NCBI GenBank assembly: GCA_035559235.1 | Contig: DATMBM010000007.1 | Span: 9,475 to 73,474, forward strand | Direction: 5' to 3' | Origin: Minisyncoccota bacterium | GTDB lineage: Bacteria; Patescibacteriota; Minisyncoccia; Phycocordibacterales; UBA2100 | Length of the DNA stretch: 64,000 bases | In this document: positions 55,660-64,000 of the stretch, in pieces | Position numbering within the stretch: position 1 is the first letter of the stretch | Layout of the letters: every line of letters begins with the position of its first letter | Notes under the pieces: generated by a model | Database searches by the model: none | What the model was told of the DNA's origin: nothing | The model's input: only the letters and a program-made list of their open reading frames with translations | Program-made: the position numbers and the translations under genes

Positions 55660-58035
55660 TTAGTCAATAACGAAATTGATCAGTCTATTAGCCACAAAAA
55701 CAATCTTCTTGTACGACTTACCAACCAACCACTTTGCCGCTGCCTTTTCTGCGGCGTCTTGGACTTCCTTTTCCGTGGAATCAACAGGCGCTTGAATCTG
55801 GGTTCGAACTTTGCCGCTGATTTGCACGACGATGGTGGTCGTATCTGCGGTGAGCTTCGACTCATCGTATTGCGGCCACTTGCTGACGTGGATTGAGCCG
55901 CGCTGGCCAAGAAGGCTCCACAATTCCTCCGTAATGTGAGGCGCAAATGGCGCAAGGAGTGCAATGAACGTACGGTACTGCGCCTTGGTAATGCCGCTTT
56001 TTTCAGCGCCGTTGACGAAGATCATCATTTGGCTGATCGCCGTATTGAACTTGAAGTTTCTGATGTCATCACCGACCTTTTTGATGGTTTTGTGCAAATC
56101 CCGTTCCGTCGAATCATCCGGTGATGTCACTAATTTCTCTTGCAGACGCCACACGCGCTCCAAAAAACGCCGAGCACCGATGAGGCTCGCAGTCTTCCAT
56201 GCGATCGCGTCCGTAAACGGGCCCATGAACATCTCGTACACGCGCAACGTATCGGCGCCGTACGCGTCGACGATATCATCGGGGTTGATGACGTTGCCAA
56301 AGCGCTTCGACATCTTGCGGCCGTCTTCGGCTTGGATGAGCCCAACCGAGATGAGGCGCATAAATGGCTCCGCCGTCGAGACGATGCCGAGGTCGTACAA
56401 GAACTTGTGCCAGAAGCGGGCGTAAATAAGATGGCGAGTCGCGTGCTCGGCTCCGCCGACGTACAAATCAACCGGTGCCCAATACCGCTCCTTTTTTGGG
56501 TCAACCAAGGCCTTCTTGTTTTTCGGATCCATAAAGCGCAAGTAGTACCAACTCGAGCCCGCCCACTGCGGCATCGTGTTTGTTTCCCGCTTGGCCTTAC
56601 CCTTACATTTCGGGCACGTGGTATTTACCCATTTCGAAATAGCCGCAAGCGGCGACTCCCCTGTGCCGGTCGGCTCGTAATGTTTTACTTCCGGCAATTT
56701 CACCGGCAAATCCTTCTCCGGGACCGGAACGATGCCACAACGGTCGCAGTGAATGATTGGTATTGGCTCGCCCCAGTAGCGCTGGCGCGAAAAGACCCAG
56801 TCGCGTATTTTGTACGTCGTCTTAGGTTGGCCGAACCGTTCGGTAATTCTCGCCTTTGCCACTTCGCTCGGCATGCCGGAAAATTCCTCCGAATTCATGA
56901 GCGTTCCTGCCCCGACATACGGGATTGCCGAACCGTCGGAGTCAATCACCGGTATAACGGGGATGTTAAATTTCTTCGCAAATTCAAAGTCGCGCTCGTC
57001 ATGTGCGGGTACCGCCATGATGGCGCCCGTGCCGTAGTGAGAAAGCACATAATCTGCGACAAAAATGGGGATTTCTTGTCGTGTCGCGGGATTAACTGCG
57101 CGCACGCCCTGCAATTGGACGCCTGTTTTCTCCTTTCCCTCCGCGGTGCGTTCAATTTCATTTTTTGAGGCTGCTTCGGTTTGGTAGCGCTGTATGTCTG
57201 TCCAGTTTGTAATGCGTGAACGTAGCTTTCCGAGCATCTCGTGCTCTGGTGCCACGACCACATATGTCGCGCCGAACAGGGTATCGGGACGTGTGGTGAA
57301 CACCGTCAGCTTTTCTGGAGTTACCGTAAGCGGAAAATCGATCTCTGCACCCTCACTCTTCCCTATCCAGTTGCGCTGACTCTCCTTAATATGTTCCTGC
57401 CACTCGGGTAAGAATTCCAAATCTTGCAGCAAACGTTCTGCGTACTGCGTGATCCGCAAAATCCATTGGCGCATCGGACGCTTTTCGACAACGGTACCGC
57501 AGCGCTCGCAGACGTTCCCCTCGAGATCTTCATTGGCAAGACCCGTCTGGCACGAAGGGCACCAATTGATTGGCTCGAATGACTGGTACGCGAGCCCTTT
57601 TTCAAAGAGCTTCAAAAAAATCCACTGCGTCCATTTGTAGAAATCAGGGTCCGTCGTATTGATCTCTCGAGTCCAATCATAGTCCAGTCCGATCATCTGC
57701 AGCTGCTCCTTGAATCGCTTGATGTTTTTTTCAACCGCTCTGCGCGGGTGCACCTTGTTTTTTATCGCAAAGTTTTCGGCCGGCAAACCGAAGGCATCCC
57801 ATCCCATCGGATGAAGGACAGATTTTCCTTGCATGCGGGACATTCGGCTGTAGATATCTGTCGCAATGTAGCCTTTCGGATGTCCGACATGGAGTCCTTC
57901 TCCGGACGGATACGGAAACATGTCGAGCACGTACGCTTTTTTCTTGCGTGACGTCTCCTTGGAGCGATAAATGCCGGATTTGGCCCATGCGTTCCGCCAT
58001 TTTTTCTCTATCTTTTTGTGATCATACTGGCGCAT
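55660..58035 (-). CDS. leuS: Leucine--tRNA ligase
   Basis: MFPYPSG..HVGH, FTTRPDT editing domain, KMSK. Confidence 0.97.
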   Translation of the reverse strand: MRQYDHKKIEKKWRNAWAKSGIYRSKETSRKKKAYVLDMFPYPSGEGLHVGHPKGYIATDIYSRMSRMQGKSVLHPMGWDAFGLPAENFAIKNKVHPRRAVEKNIKRFKEQLQMIGLDYDWTREINTTDPDFYKWTQWIFLKLFEKGLAYQSFEPINWCPSCQTGLANEDLEGNVCERCGTVVEKRPMRQWILRITQYAERLLQDLEFLPEWQEHIKESQRNWIGKSEGAEIDFPLTVTPEKLTVFTTRPDTLFGATYVVVAPEHEMLGKLRSRITNWTDIQRYQTEAASKNEIERTAEGKEKTGVQLQGVRAVNPATRQEIPIFVADYVLSHYGTGAIMAVPAHDERDFEFAKKFNIPVIPVIDSDGSAIPYVGAGTLMNSEEFSGMPSEVAKARITERFGQPKTTYKIRDWVFSRQRYWGEPIPIIHCDRCGIVPVPEKDLPVKLPEVKHYEPTGTGESPLAAISKWVNTTCPKCKGKAKRETNTMPQWAGSSWYYLRFMDPKNKKALVDPKKERYWAPVDLYVGGAEHATRHLIYARFWHKFLYDLGIVSTAEPFMRLISVGLIQAEDGRKMSKRFGNVINPDDIVDAYGADTLRVYEMFMGPFTDAIAWKTASLIGARRFLERVWRLQEKLVTSPDDSTERDLHKTIKKVGDDIRNFKFNTAISQMMIFVNGAEKSGITKAQYRTFIALLAPFAPHITEELWSLLGQRGSIHVSKWPQYDESKLTADTTTIVVQISGKVRTQIQAPVDSTEKEVQDAAEKAAAKWLVGKSYKKIVFVANRLINFVID

Positions 58036-58055
58036 TGCAAAACTCTACCATGAAG

Positions 58056-58081
58056 AAAACGGGCACGCATGTGCCCGTTTT
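58056..58081. terminator. Bidirectional intrinsic terminator hairpin
   Basis: AAAACGGGCAC-gcat-GTGCCCGTTTT. Confidence 0.75.
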
Positions 58082-58092
58082 ACTTTTTTTCG

Positions 58093-59022
58093 TTACAGCC
58101 CCTTCGTATACGGTGGGTAGCGTTCAGGGTCGATGGTCCTGTCAAAGCACGCTTCTCCGGCGCCGTGCTCGAAGCTGCCGTCGAGCGTGCCGTAGGCGCG
58201 CACTGGCATTGCTTCCGGCGCCCCACGTGATTCCGCGTTGAACGTTGCGCACAAGCGGAAGGATGTTGAACTGGTGCGCTCGTAGCGGTATTCGTTGCCT
58301 TGCGGATCTTTAGGGAGCGACCAGCCGCGAAGCGGGTCTTCAAGCTCCTCAAGCGAAGCGGGCAGCGTCTGTTTTTGCTGCCAGAAATTCACCAACTCCC
58401 ACTGTATTGACTGCAAATCGGAAACTTTCTGGGCGTCGAATCGATAGAGGCGGACCTGGCCAGGCGTTCCCATAATAAAGAAACCTGCAATGATCGTGAG
58501 CACGACCACGGCACCGGCTCCCCATCCAACCATCTGCGCGCGGCTCGGGAATTGGTTCCAATAGCCGCGCAAATCCGCCAGAAAGTGCATGAATACGCCG
58601 CCGGCTACCAGAAGCAGCACAAGCACCTTCAGAACGAATCGCATCGTGAGGTCGCCGCCAAGGAAGTAGTTTATGAGCGTAATGAGATCGCCGACGACTG
58701 CGAGACCAGCGATAAAGAGCGTAAGCACGAGCGCCCATCGACGCACCCAGAGGTCGTTTTTCTCGGGTGTCTGTGCGATGTCGTTTCGGATCACGCGCAT
58801 AAGGAGGATGGCCACCGGAACCATGACGATCAGAGTCGCCATCGAAAAACGTATCGCGCCGGAGTAAGGGTCGCCGAAATATTCGTATGACAGAGGGTCG
58901 GGGAAGGCGTAATTGATGTACTGAAACAGGAGCGTGATAAACGCGATAATGCTGCTGTAGAGCGCGACCACCGCGCCAAGCCAAAGGAAAAAATCCTTGG
59001 GCGTTACTTTGGGGCTGTTCAT
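58093..59022 (-). CDS. DUF5671-like CPR membrane protein
   Basis: PKDFFLWLG, LLFQYINYAFPD, GDL...LINYFL.G, G.P...R..RFD, LCATF. Confidence 0.7.
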   Translation of the reverse strand: MNSPKVTPKDFFLWLGAVVALYSSIIAFITLLFQYINYAFPDPLSYEYFGDPYSGAIRFSMATLIVMVPVAILLMRVIRNDIAQTPEKNDLWVRRWALVLTLFIAGLAVVGDLITLINYFLGGDLTMRFVLKVLVLLLVAGGVFMHFLADLRGYWNQFPSRAQMVGWGAGAVVVLTIIAGFFIMGTPGQVRLYRFDAQKVSDLQSIQWELVNFWQQKQTLPASLEELEDPLRGWSLPKDPQGNEYRYERTSSTSFRLCATFNAESRGAPEAMPVRAYGTLDGSFEHGAGEACFDRTIDPERYPPYTKGL

Positions 59023-59070
59023 ACATAAAAGTATACGCACATTCGTTGGCTTCACAACGCCAATGTGGAT

Positions 59071-59095
59071 AGAGCCGGTCGCGCGGACCGGCTCT
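59071..59095. terminator. Hairpin downstream of HD-domain gene
   Basis: AGAGCCGGTC-gcgcg-GACCGGCTCT. Confidence 0.45.
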
Positions 59096-59102
59096 CGTTT
59101 GC

Positions 59103-59771
59103 TTACGTCACTTGCTCTTCGACGGCACGCAGTGCGTCCTCGAGTTCGTGGATCAGCATGATATGCCGTTCCGCAAGTGGCATAATGAAATCCTTAGTCT
59201 CGGAGATCTTCGCGCGCACCCTCGCTGGGTCTTGCGACCAGATGGTCAGAAGGTTGTGCAGCCGATCAGCGAGCTTTATCATGACGGCCTTACGCGGTGC
59301 GCGTCGTAGATTCCGGTGATATTTTCGATCAATATCGCCGACCGTGCGGTACGAGTCGCTTTGCCTCGGCTTTGTGAGCCACCAAACGAGTGCTGCGACA
59401 CGTTCGTTAAATTCGCTCGTTAGGCGCTCGTGTGTCCATCCGTCTACGTCCTCGCATATATCGTGCAGCAATGCCGCGGCGATAACATCAGCATCGTCGA
59501 CGCGGAGGTGCACGAGGAGGATAAGTGCGGTCGCACGCAAGTGCTCGAAATACTTTTCACCATCATCGCGCACATGCGTTCGAAATGCGCGCTGAGCTGC
59601 ATCATACGCTCGGTCGATTAATTTATACCGTGCATCCGTTGTCGGAAAAATATCGCCCACACGCGCGAAAAAGCTTTCTTTAGACTCTGTTTTCGATTTG
59701 AGAAAGCTTAGCTTGTTTGCGAGCCATTCTGGGATGACCGCCTGCAGATGATTGCGATTGGCGTCGTTCAT
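59103..59771 (-). CDS. RelA/SpoT-type HD-domain hydrolase (small alarmone hydrolase-like)
   Basis: R.DGE.YF.H, AALLHDICED, LTK, IKLADRLHN; no synthetase domain. Confidence 0.85.
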   Translation of the reverse strand: MNDANRNHLQAVIPEWLANKLSFLKSKTESKESFFARVGDIFPTTDARYKLIDRAYDAAQRAFRTHVRDDGEKYFEHLRATALILLVHLRVDDADVIAAALLHDICEDVDGWTHERLTSEFNERVAALVWWLTKPRQSDSYRTVGDIDRKYHRNLRRAPRKAVMIKLADRLHNLLTIWSQDPARVRAKISETKDFIMPLAERHIMLIHELEDALRAVEEQVT

Positions 59772-59836
59772 GACACGCCCTTTCTCTTTCTGCCTATGTC
59801 CTGCCGCTACACTACCGTATCGGGCAAATACCGCAA

Positions 59837-60946
59837 TCAACTATGGAAAAACTCCATGACGTCGCCATCCTGGACGACGTATTCCTTCCCTTCGGTTCGA
59901 ACCCACCCTTTCTCGCGCGCAGCAGCCCACGAGCCCGCTTTGAGCAATGTATCCCATTGGATGACCTGTGCTCGAATAAATTTGTCGCGGAAATCGGTAT
60001 GGATTGCCGCGCCCGCTTCCGGCGCCGTCGCACCGCGACGAATGGTCCACGCGCGCGATTCTTTTTCGCCCGTCGTAAAAAAGGAAATCAGGTCGAGAAG
60101 CTGGTAGCCCCCTTTGATCAGATCGTCGATGCCGTCTGATGAGACGCCGAGTTCCCTGCGAAATTCTTTCCGCTCCTCACCCTGGATGTCAGACAAGTCA
60201 TTTTCAACCCCAGCGTCGACGAACACCGATTGCGCATTTTCGTCTTCAAAAAATTTCTGCAATTCGCGCCACCGGTTTCCGTTTTCCGCGTCGATGTTTA
60301 CTGCCCCGCTCTTTCGGTTTAATACGTATATCACAGGCTTAGTCGTCAGTAGGTTGAGCCGCTTTGCGATATCACGCTCCTTTTCATCAAGCGCAACCGT
60401 GCGCGCAGCTTTGCCCGATTTCAATGCTGGCACGATTTTGCGGAGCACGTCACGTTCGGCGACGATCTCTTTATCGCCGCCTTTTGCGTCACGTTCCAGG
60501 CGTTCCAATCGTTTTGACGCGACCTGCTCGTCGGCTAGCACCAGTTCAAGGTTGATCACCTCGATGTCGCGCAGCGGATTGACTTCCCCATGCACGTGGT
60601 GGATGTCCTCGTCGTCAAACAAGCGCACGACTTCCGCGATGGCATCGGTTTCGCGTATGTTGGTGAGAAACTGATTTCCGAGTCCCTCACCCTCTGATGC
60701 GCCCTTGACGAGCCCGGCGATATCGACAAATTCAACAGCGGCGGGAACAGTCTTTTCCGAATGCGACATTTTCGACAGCGCTTCCAGGCGATGATCTGGC
60801 ACCGCGACGACGCCTACCGACGGATCGATCGTGGCGAAGGGGTAATTCGCGATGAGGACTCCTTTCCGGGTAAGCGCATTAAAAAGCGTCGACTTGCCGA
60901 CGTTTGGGAGTCCCACGATCCCTATCGCTAGTTTTGAGCTCGACAT
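59837..60946 (-). CDS. ychF: Redox-regulated ATPase YchF
   Basis: GIVGLPNVGKSTLFN, NYPFATI, DIAGLVKGASEGEGLGNQFL, EGKEYVVQDGD. Confidence 0.97.
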   Translation of the reverse strand: MSSSKLAIGIVGLPNVGKSTLFNALTRKGVLIANYPFATIDPSVGVVAVPDHRLEALSKMSHSEKTVPAAVEFVDIAGLVKGASEGEGLGNQFLTNIRETDAIAEVVRLFDDEDIHHVHGEVNPLRDIEVINLELVLADEQVASKRLERLERDAKGGDKEIVAERDVLRKIVPALKSGKAARTVALDEKERDIAKRLNLLTTKPVIYVLNRKSGAVNIDAENGNRWRELQKFFEDENAQSVFVDAGVENDLSDIQGEERKEFRRELGVSSDGIDDLIKGGYQLLDLISFFTTGEKESRAWTIRRGATAPEAGAAIHTDFRDKFIRAQVIQWDTLLKAGSWAAAREKGWVRTEGKEYVVQDGDVMEFFHS

Positions 60947-62618
60947 AAGGATTTGTTGAAGACGGAAAAAGGAATTCCCGCTGGATCGGCGAAACGACAG
61001 CGACCGGCAGATAGCCGCTCACCTCGAGCCGTCCGGGGACGCCCACGATCTCGTCTACAACATCGAGTACTATGTCCCGTTTTTGCTCAAAACTCAAGCC
61101 GTGGAGCGCTGAAATCACCTCCGTGTCGAGGTAATCCACTTCCTCGGTTTGAAGTATTGAATTGTCATTTTCGGGCGGGGACACCGCCTGCTCGTTGGCT
61201 ACTTGGCGTTCCAATTCTCCTATTTTCTGCTTCAAGGGAGCAGTGAGTTCCATAAGCTGCGCAAGCTCAAGTGCTCCTTGGCCGTACGCGACTTGGTAAC
61301 GCTGTTCCTGTTTTTTGAGAGTGGCGATCTCTCGCTTGAGGGTGTCGATGTCGGAATTGCTTACGACCAGCTTCTGTCCCTGTCGCTGCGACCATCGCTC
61401 GAGCTGATTTTTCAGCTGTTCCTTCGATGCCATCAATTCTACGATCTTCGACCACACCTCGCCATCTGCGATGCGCGAGTTTATGCCCTTCTCTTTGCAT
61501 GTGGGCGGCAGCGGGAAGTTCTTGACACGATTCGAGCAGCGATAGTATTGGTATTTTCCCTTTTGCGGTCCTTCGCCTGTTCTCGAGCATCCGCACGAGC
61601 AACGCATGCGTTCAGCGAGCAGATAGTTGTTCACTTTGTTGCGCTTGGAGTCCTCGTAGTTTTTCTTGAGCTGGAGCCGTGTGCGCTGAAAGAGCGCCCT
61701 GCTTTCTTCGTCGTCTAGGATCGCCGGCACGGGAATCTGTATCCATTCTTTCTTTGGCTTCATTTTCCGGCTCGTTTTCTTTACCTTCCGGTATTTGATG
61801 CCCTTTTTCCACGGATTTCGTGCCTCTACGGCGACAGACGCGTTGAAATACGCGACACCAATGTAGGTCTCGCGGCGCAGCATGGTCGAGAGCGTGTTCG
61901 TGCTCCACACGCCATTCTTGTTCTTGCGCGGTTTAACGCCCATTTCCTTCAGACGCCTGACGACTTTGCGCAACGTGAGCCCTTGATTCCCTACCCACTC
62001 GAACAACATGCGTACGACCCGAGCCTCGACGGGATCGATCACTAAGTGCGTTTCGACGAAATCCGGATCGGTCGGCTTGCCGCGACGTGTGATGAGGCGG
62101 TAACCATACGGTGCGACGCTTGTGATGATGTGCTTATTAGAAGCTTTACTCAGCTTCCCAATGCGAAAACGTTCTCGTATTTTTAATCGCTCGTATTCAG
62201 CGAAGATGCCCTGTACACCGTACAGCACTTTTTCCATGTCGTTCCGGGGTTCAGAGCGTGTCCTAAAGCGAAGTTCTTTCCCCGCTTTCTGTAGATCGTC
62301 TTGCACAATCCTCTGCATATGATACTGACGTGCTAAACGATCCGGGTCATAGATGAGCACAGCATCCCACATATTCGCCTTTGCATCTTGCCGGAGCAAA
62401 TCTAATTGCGGGCGTTCAAGAATATCACCCGACCATCCTTCGTCGTAATAACGTCGCACGACCAGATAATTACCCGCCCCATATAGCTCGTTTGCAAGGT
62501 TGTTGAGTTCCATCTCCTGATTTTGGATAGTCTTTTGGTCTTCCTGATTCGAGGTGGAAACGCGCCCGTAGTAGGCGATCAGTTTCGTTCCGTTGTTTGT
62601 ATTTGAGAGAGACTGCAT
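60879..62618 (-). CDS. Large serine recombinase (integrase)
   Basis: YGRVST catalytic Ser, DEGWSG, RPQL, DRLAR, PYGY, Zn ribbon CSCG...YYRC...C, coiled coil. Confidence 0.93.
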   Translation of the reverse strand: MQSLSNTNNGTKLIAYYGRVSTSNQEDQKTIQNQEMELNNLANELYGAGNYLVVRRYYDEGWSGDILERPQLDLLRQDAKANMWDAVLIYDPDRLARQYHMQRIVQDDLQKAGKELRFRTRSEPRNDMEKVLYGVQGIFAEYERLKIRERFRIGKLSKASNKHIITSVAPYGYRLITRRGKPTDPDFVETHLVIDPVEARVVRMLFEWVGNQGLTLRKVVRRLKEMGVKPRKNKNGVWSTNTLSTMLRRETYIGVAYFNASVAVEARNPWKKGIKYRKVKKTSRKMKPKKEWIQIPVPAILDDEESRALFQRTRLQLKKNYEDSKRNKVNNYLLAERMRCSCGCSRTGEGPQKGKYQYYRCSNRVKNFPLPPTCKEKGINSRIADGEVWSKIVELMASKEQLKNQLERWSQRQGQKLVVSNSDIDTLKREIATLKKQEQRYQVAYGQGALELAQLMELTAPLKQKIGELERQVANEQAVSPPENDNSILQTEEVDYLDTEVISALHGLSFEQKRDIVLDVVDEIVGVPGRLEVSGYLPVAVVSPIQREFLFPSSTNPYVELKTSDRDRGTPKRRQVDAF

Positions 62619-62633
62619 GTTGGTTCGATTTTA

Positions 62634-62822
62634 CTATGCACTGGTAATATTCTTGTCCCCTTCGGCGCTGCGCCTACGCAGCAGTTCCGCAAAAAGCCTG
62701 TCATACGCCCTATTTACGCGCTCCCTGCCCTCTGGATTGTCCAAATGCCGATAGAACAAGCCGAGGGGTATCGAGAGCCATTTTTGGACGAATGCGGCAA
62801 TGTCTGGTGCTTGTTCGGTCAT
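62634..62822 (-). CDS. Small hypothetical protein upstream of integrase (62 aa)
   Basis: ATG 1 nt after helicase stop; ERVNRAYDRLFAE amphipathic helix. Confidence 0.55.
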   Translation of the reverse strand: MTEQAPDIAAFVQKWLSIPLGLFYRHLDNPEGRERVNRAYDRLFAELLRRRSAEGDKNITSA

Positions 62823-62823
62823 A

Positions 62824-63999
62824 TCAGAGCGATATATTTTTCTGCTCAAGTATCTCGACCTGTCCGCCAAGATGCCCTCCTTGCTCCAAGGCGCCCTCCG
62901 GTTGTGGGGCATCTTGGGCGCCTTCGCGCTTCGGCAGTTCCCACAGCCACTCGCCGCGGAATGATGTCTTGCGCGGGACAACACCCAGCTTCTTCTGCGC
63001 GGTGCGTATCTGCTTTTCCGTGAGCCCTACATCCTCCCCCTCCTCGTACACTTGCTTCGCTGTCTTCGGACCTTCCGAGAGGATGCGCTCCAACATCATC
63101 ACGGCGAATCCCGTCGCCATTTTCTCGTCAGCGGAATCGTTGGTGAGGGCGAAATCGGACGGGATGTCTATCGGGTCGGGTTCCCATACGATGACCGGAC
63201 TGCCGTTCTCCGCCGTCGTGACGGTGTATGCAAGGCCAGGCTTCTCGCGCTCGGGAGAAATGTTGTTCTTTATCGGGAAGAATAATCGCCGTGAGCGGTT
63301 GTCGGGGTCGCGCATAATGAAGAACACCGCGCGAGCTGCCGCGACGAACGCGAGCGAACCGCCGGGACGATAGAGCGCGTTCTTTTCGCCGCTGTTCTTG
63401 TTCAAGTGCTCGATGGCGACAAGAGCTATCTTGTAACGAGCAGCGAGCCGCGCCATGGGTGCGAGCAAACCACGCACCGCAGCGTTGCGATGACTGTCAG
63501 TCTGCCCCAAGTACGCCGAGATCGGATCTATGACCACAAGCTTGCATTCGGGCAGTGATTTCAACGCCGCCTCGATTGCATCGAGATCGCGCTCGAGCGA
63601 AAACATGCGCTCCGTCTCTGAACCGTCTGGGTTTGCAACCCGAATCGCCTGCAGGATGTGTATTCGCCGCACGTCAGCCCCTGCTGCTTCAAGACGCGGC
63701 TTTATGGTGTCCGATGCATCGTCTTCCGCCGACAGGATGATTACGTCACCCTTCGGGCACGGGAGATTGTCCACGTACCAAGGATTGCCGTTCGACACTG
63801 CGGAAGATATCGCCGCCGTGAGCAGACTCTTTCCTACGTCGGGATCGCCAACGAACAAGGTGAATTTCCCCAATGCGATGCGATATTGCCAGAGCCATTG
63901 AATAGGCTCGCTCTTGATGTCGGCGAAATTGACGAGCACAGCTTCGGTTGCCGCGGATGCTTGCTCACGCCCCGATAGTTCGCGCTTTAAGATGTTATT
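62824..63999 (-). CDS. AAA_25/RepA-like SF4 helicase (probable primase-helicase), 5'-truncated by window edge
   Basis: WLW, GDPDVGKS Walker A, SAED, VVIDP Walker B, HLNK, GS, KNN; frame open to window end. Confidence 0.85.
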   Translation of the reverse strand, partial: NNILKRELSGREQASAATEAVLVNFADIKSEPIQWLWQYRIALGKFTLFVGDPDVGKSLLTAAISSAVSNGNPWYVDNLPCPKGDVIILSAEDDASDTIKPRLEAAGADVRRIHILQAIRVANPDGSETERMFSLERDLDAIEAALKSLPECKLVVIDPISAYLGQTDSHRNAAVRGLLAPMARLAARYKIALVAIEHLNKNSGEKNALYRPGGSLAFVAAARAVFFIMRDPDNRSRRLFFPIKNNISPEREKPGLAYTVTTAENGSPVIVWEPDPIDIPSDFALTNDSADEKMATGFAVMMLERILSEGPKTAKQVYEEGEDVGLTEKQIRTAQKKLGVVPRKTSFRGEWLWELPKREGAQDAPQPEGALEQGGHLGGQVEILEQKNISL

Positions 64000-64000
64000 G

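Larger units (their letters stand above)
60879..64000 (-). mobile_element. Integrative element inserted at the ychF 5' end; extends beyond window
   Basis: Helicase, small ORF and LSR module abutting and overlapping ychF; exact att not located. Confidence 0.75.

Overview
Core-genome segment of a small-genome Patescibacteria/CPR bacterium, most likely Parcubacteria (Kaiserbacteria-like). This assignment is inferred from gene content: nirK, short AlaRS, archaeal-type AspRS, rplI present, sigma-region-4/HARE-HTH protein, FtsA-like/baseplate-J-like pair. The window holds translation genes (alpha operon, L21, L27, L9, six aminoacyl-tRNA synthetases), grpE-dnaK-dnaJ, cell-wall genes (mltG, dac, mraY, ftsW, murG, M23, glmS), dnaB, recR, rmuC and scpAB. 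At the right end is a mobile element (primase/helicase, small ORF, large serine recombinase) inserted at the 5' end of ychF; the recombinase ORF runs into ychF and ends in an alternative frame of it. Non-coding signals read by eye: a complete glmS ribozyme with two extra hairpins in its core, a free-standing ~115-nt sRNA with its own promoter and terminator, a structured rplU leader, and a dif-like 11-6-11 site at the gene-strand switch. About 30 genes have a -10 box 6-8 nt before the start codon, suggesting leaderless transcription. No tRNA, rRNA or CRISPR array was seen. All calls come from motif recognition by eye, with no database searches.
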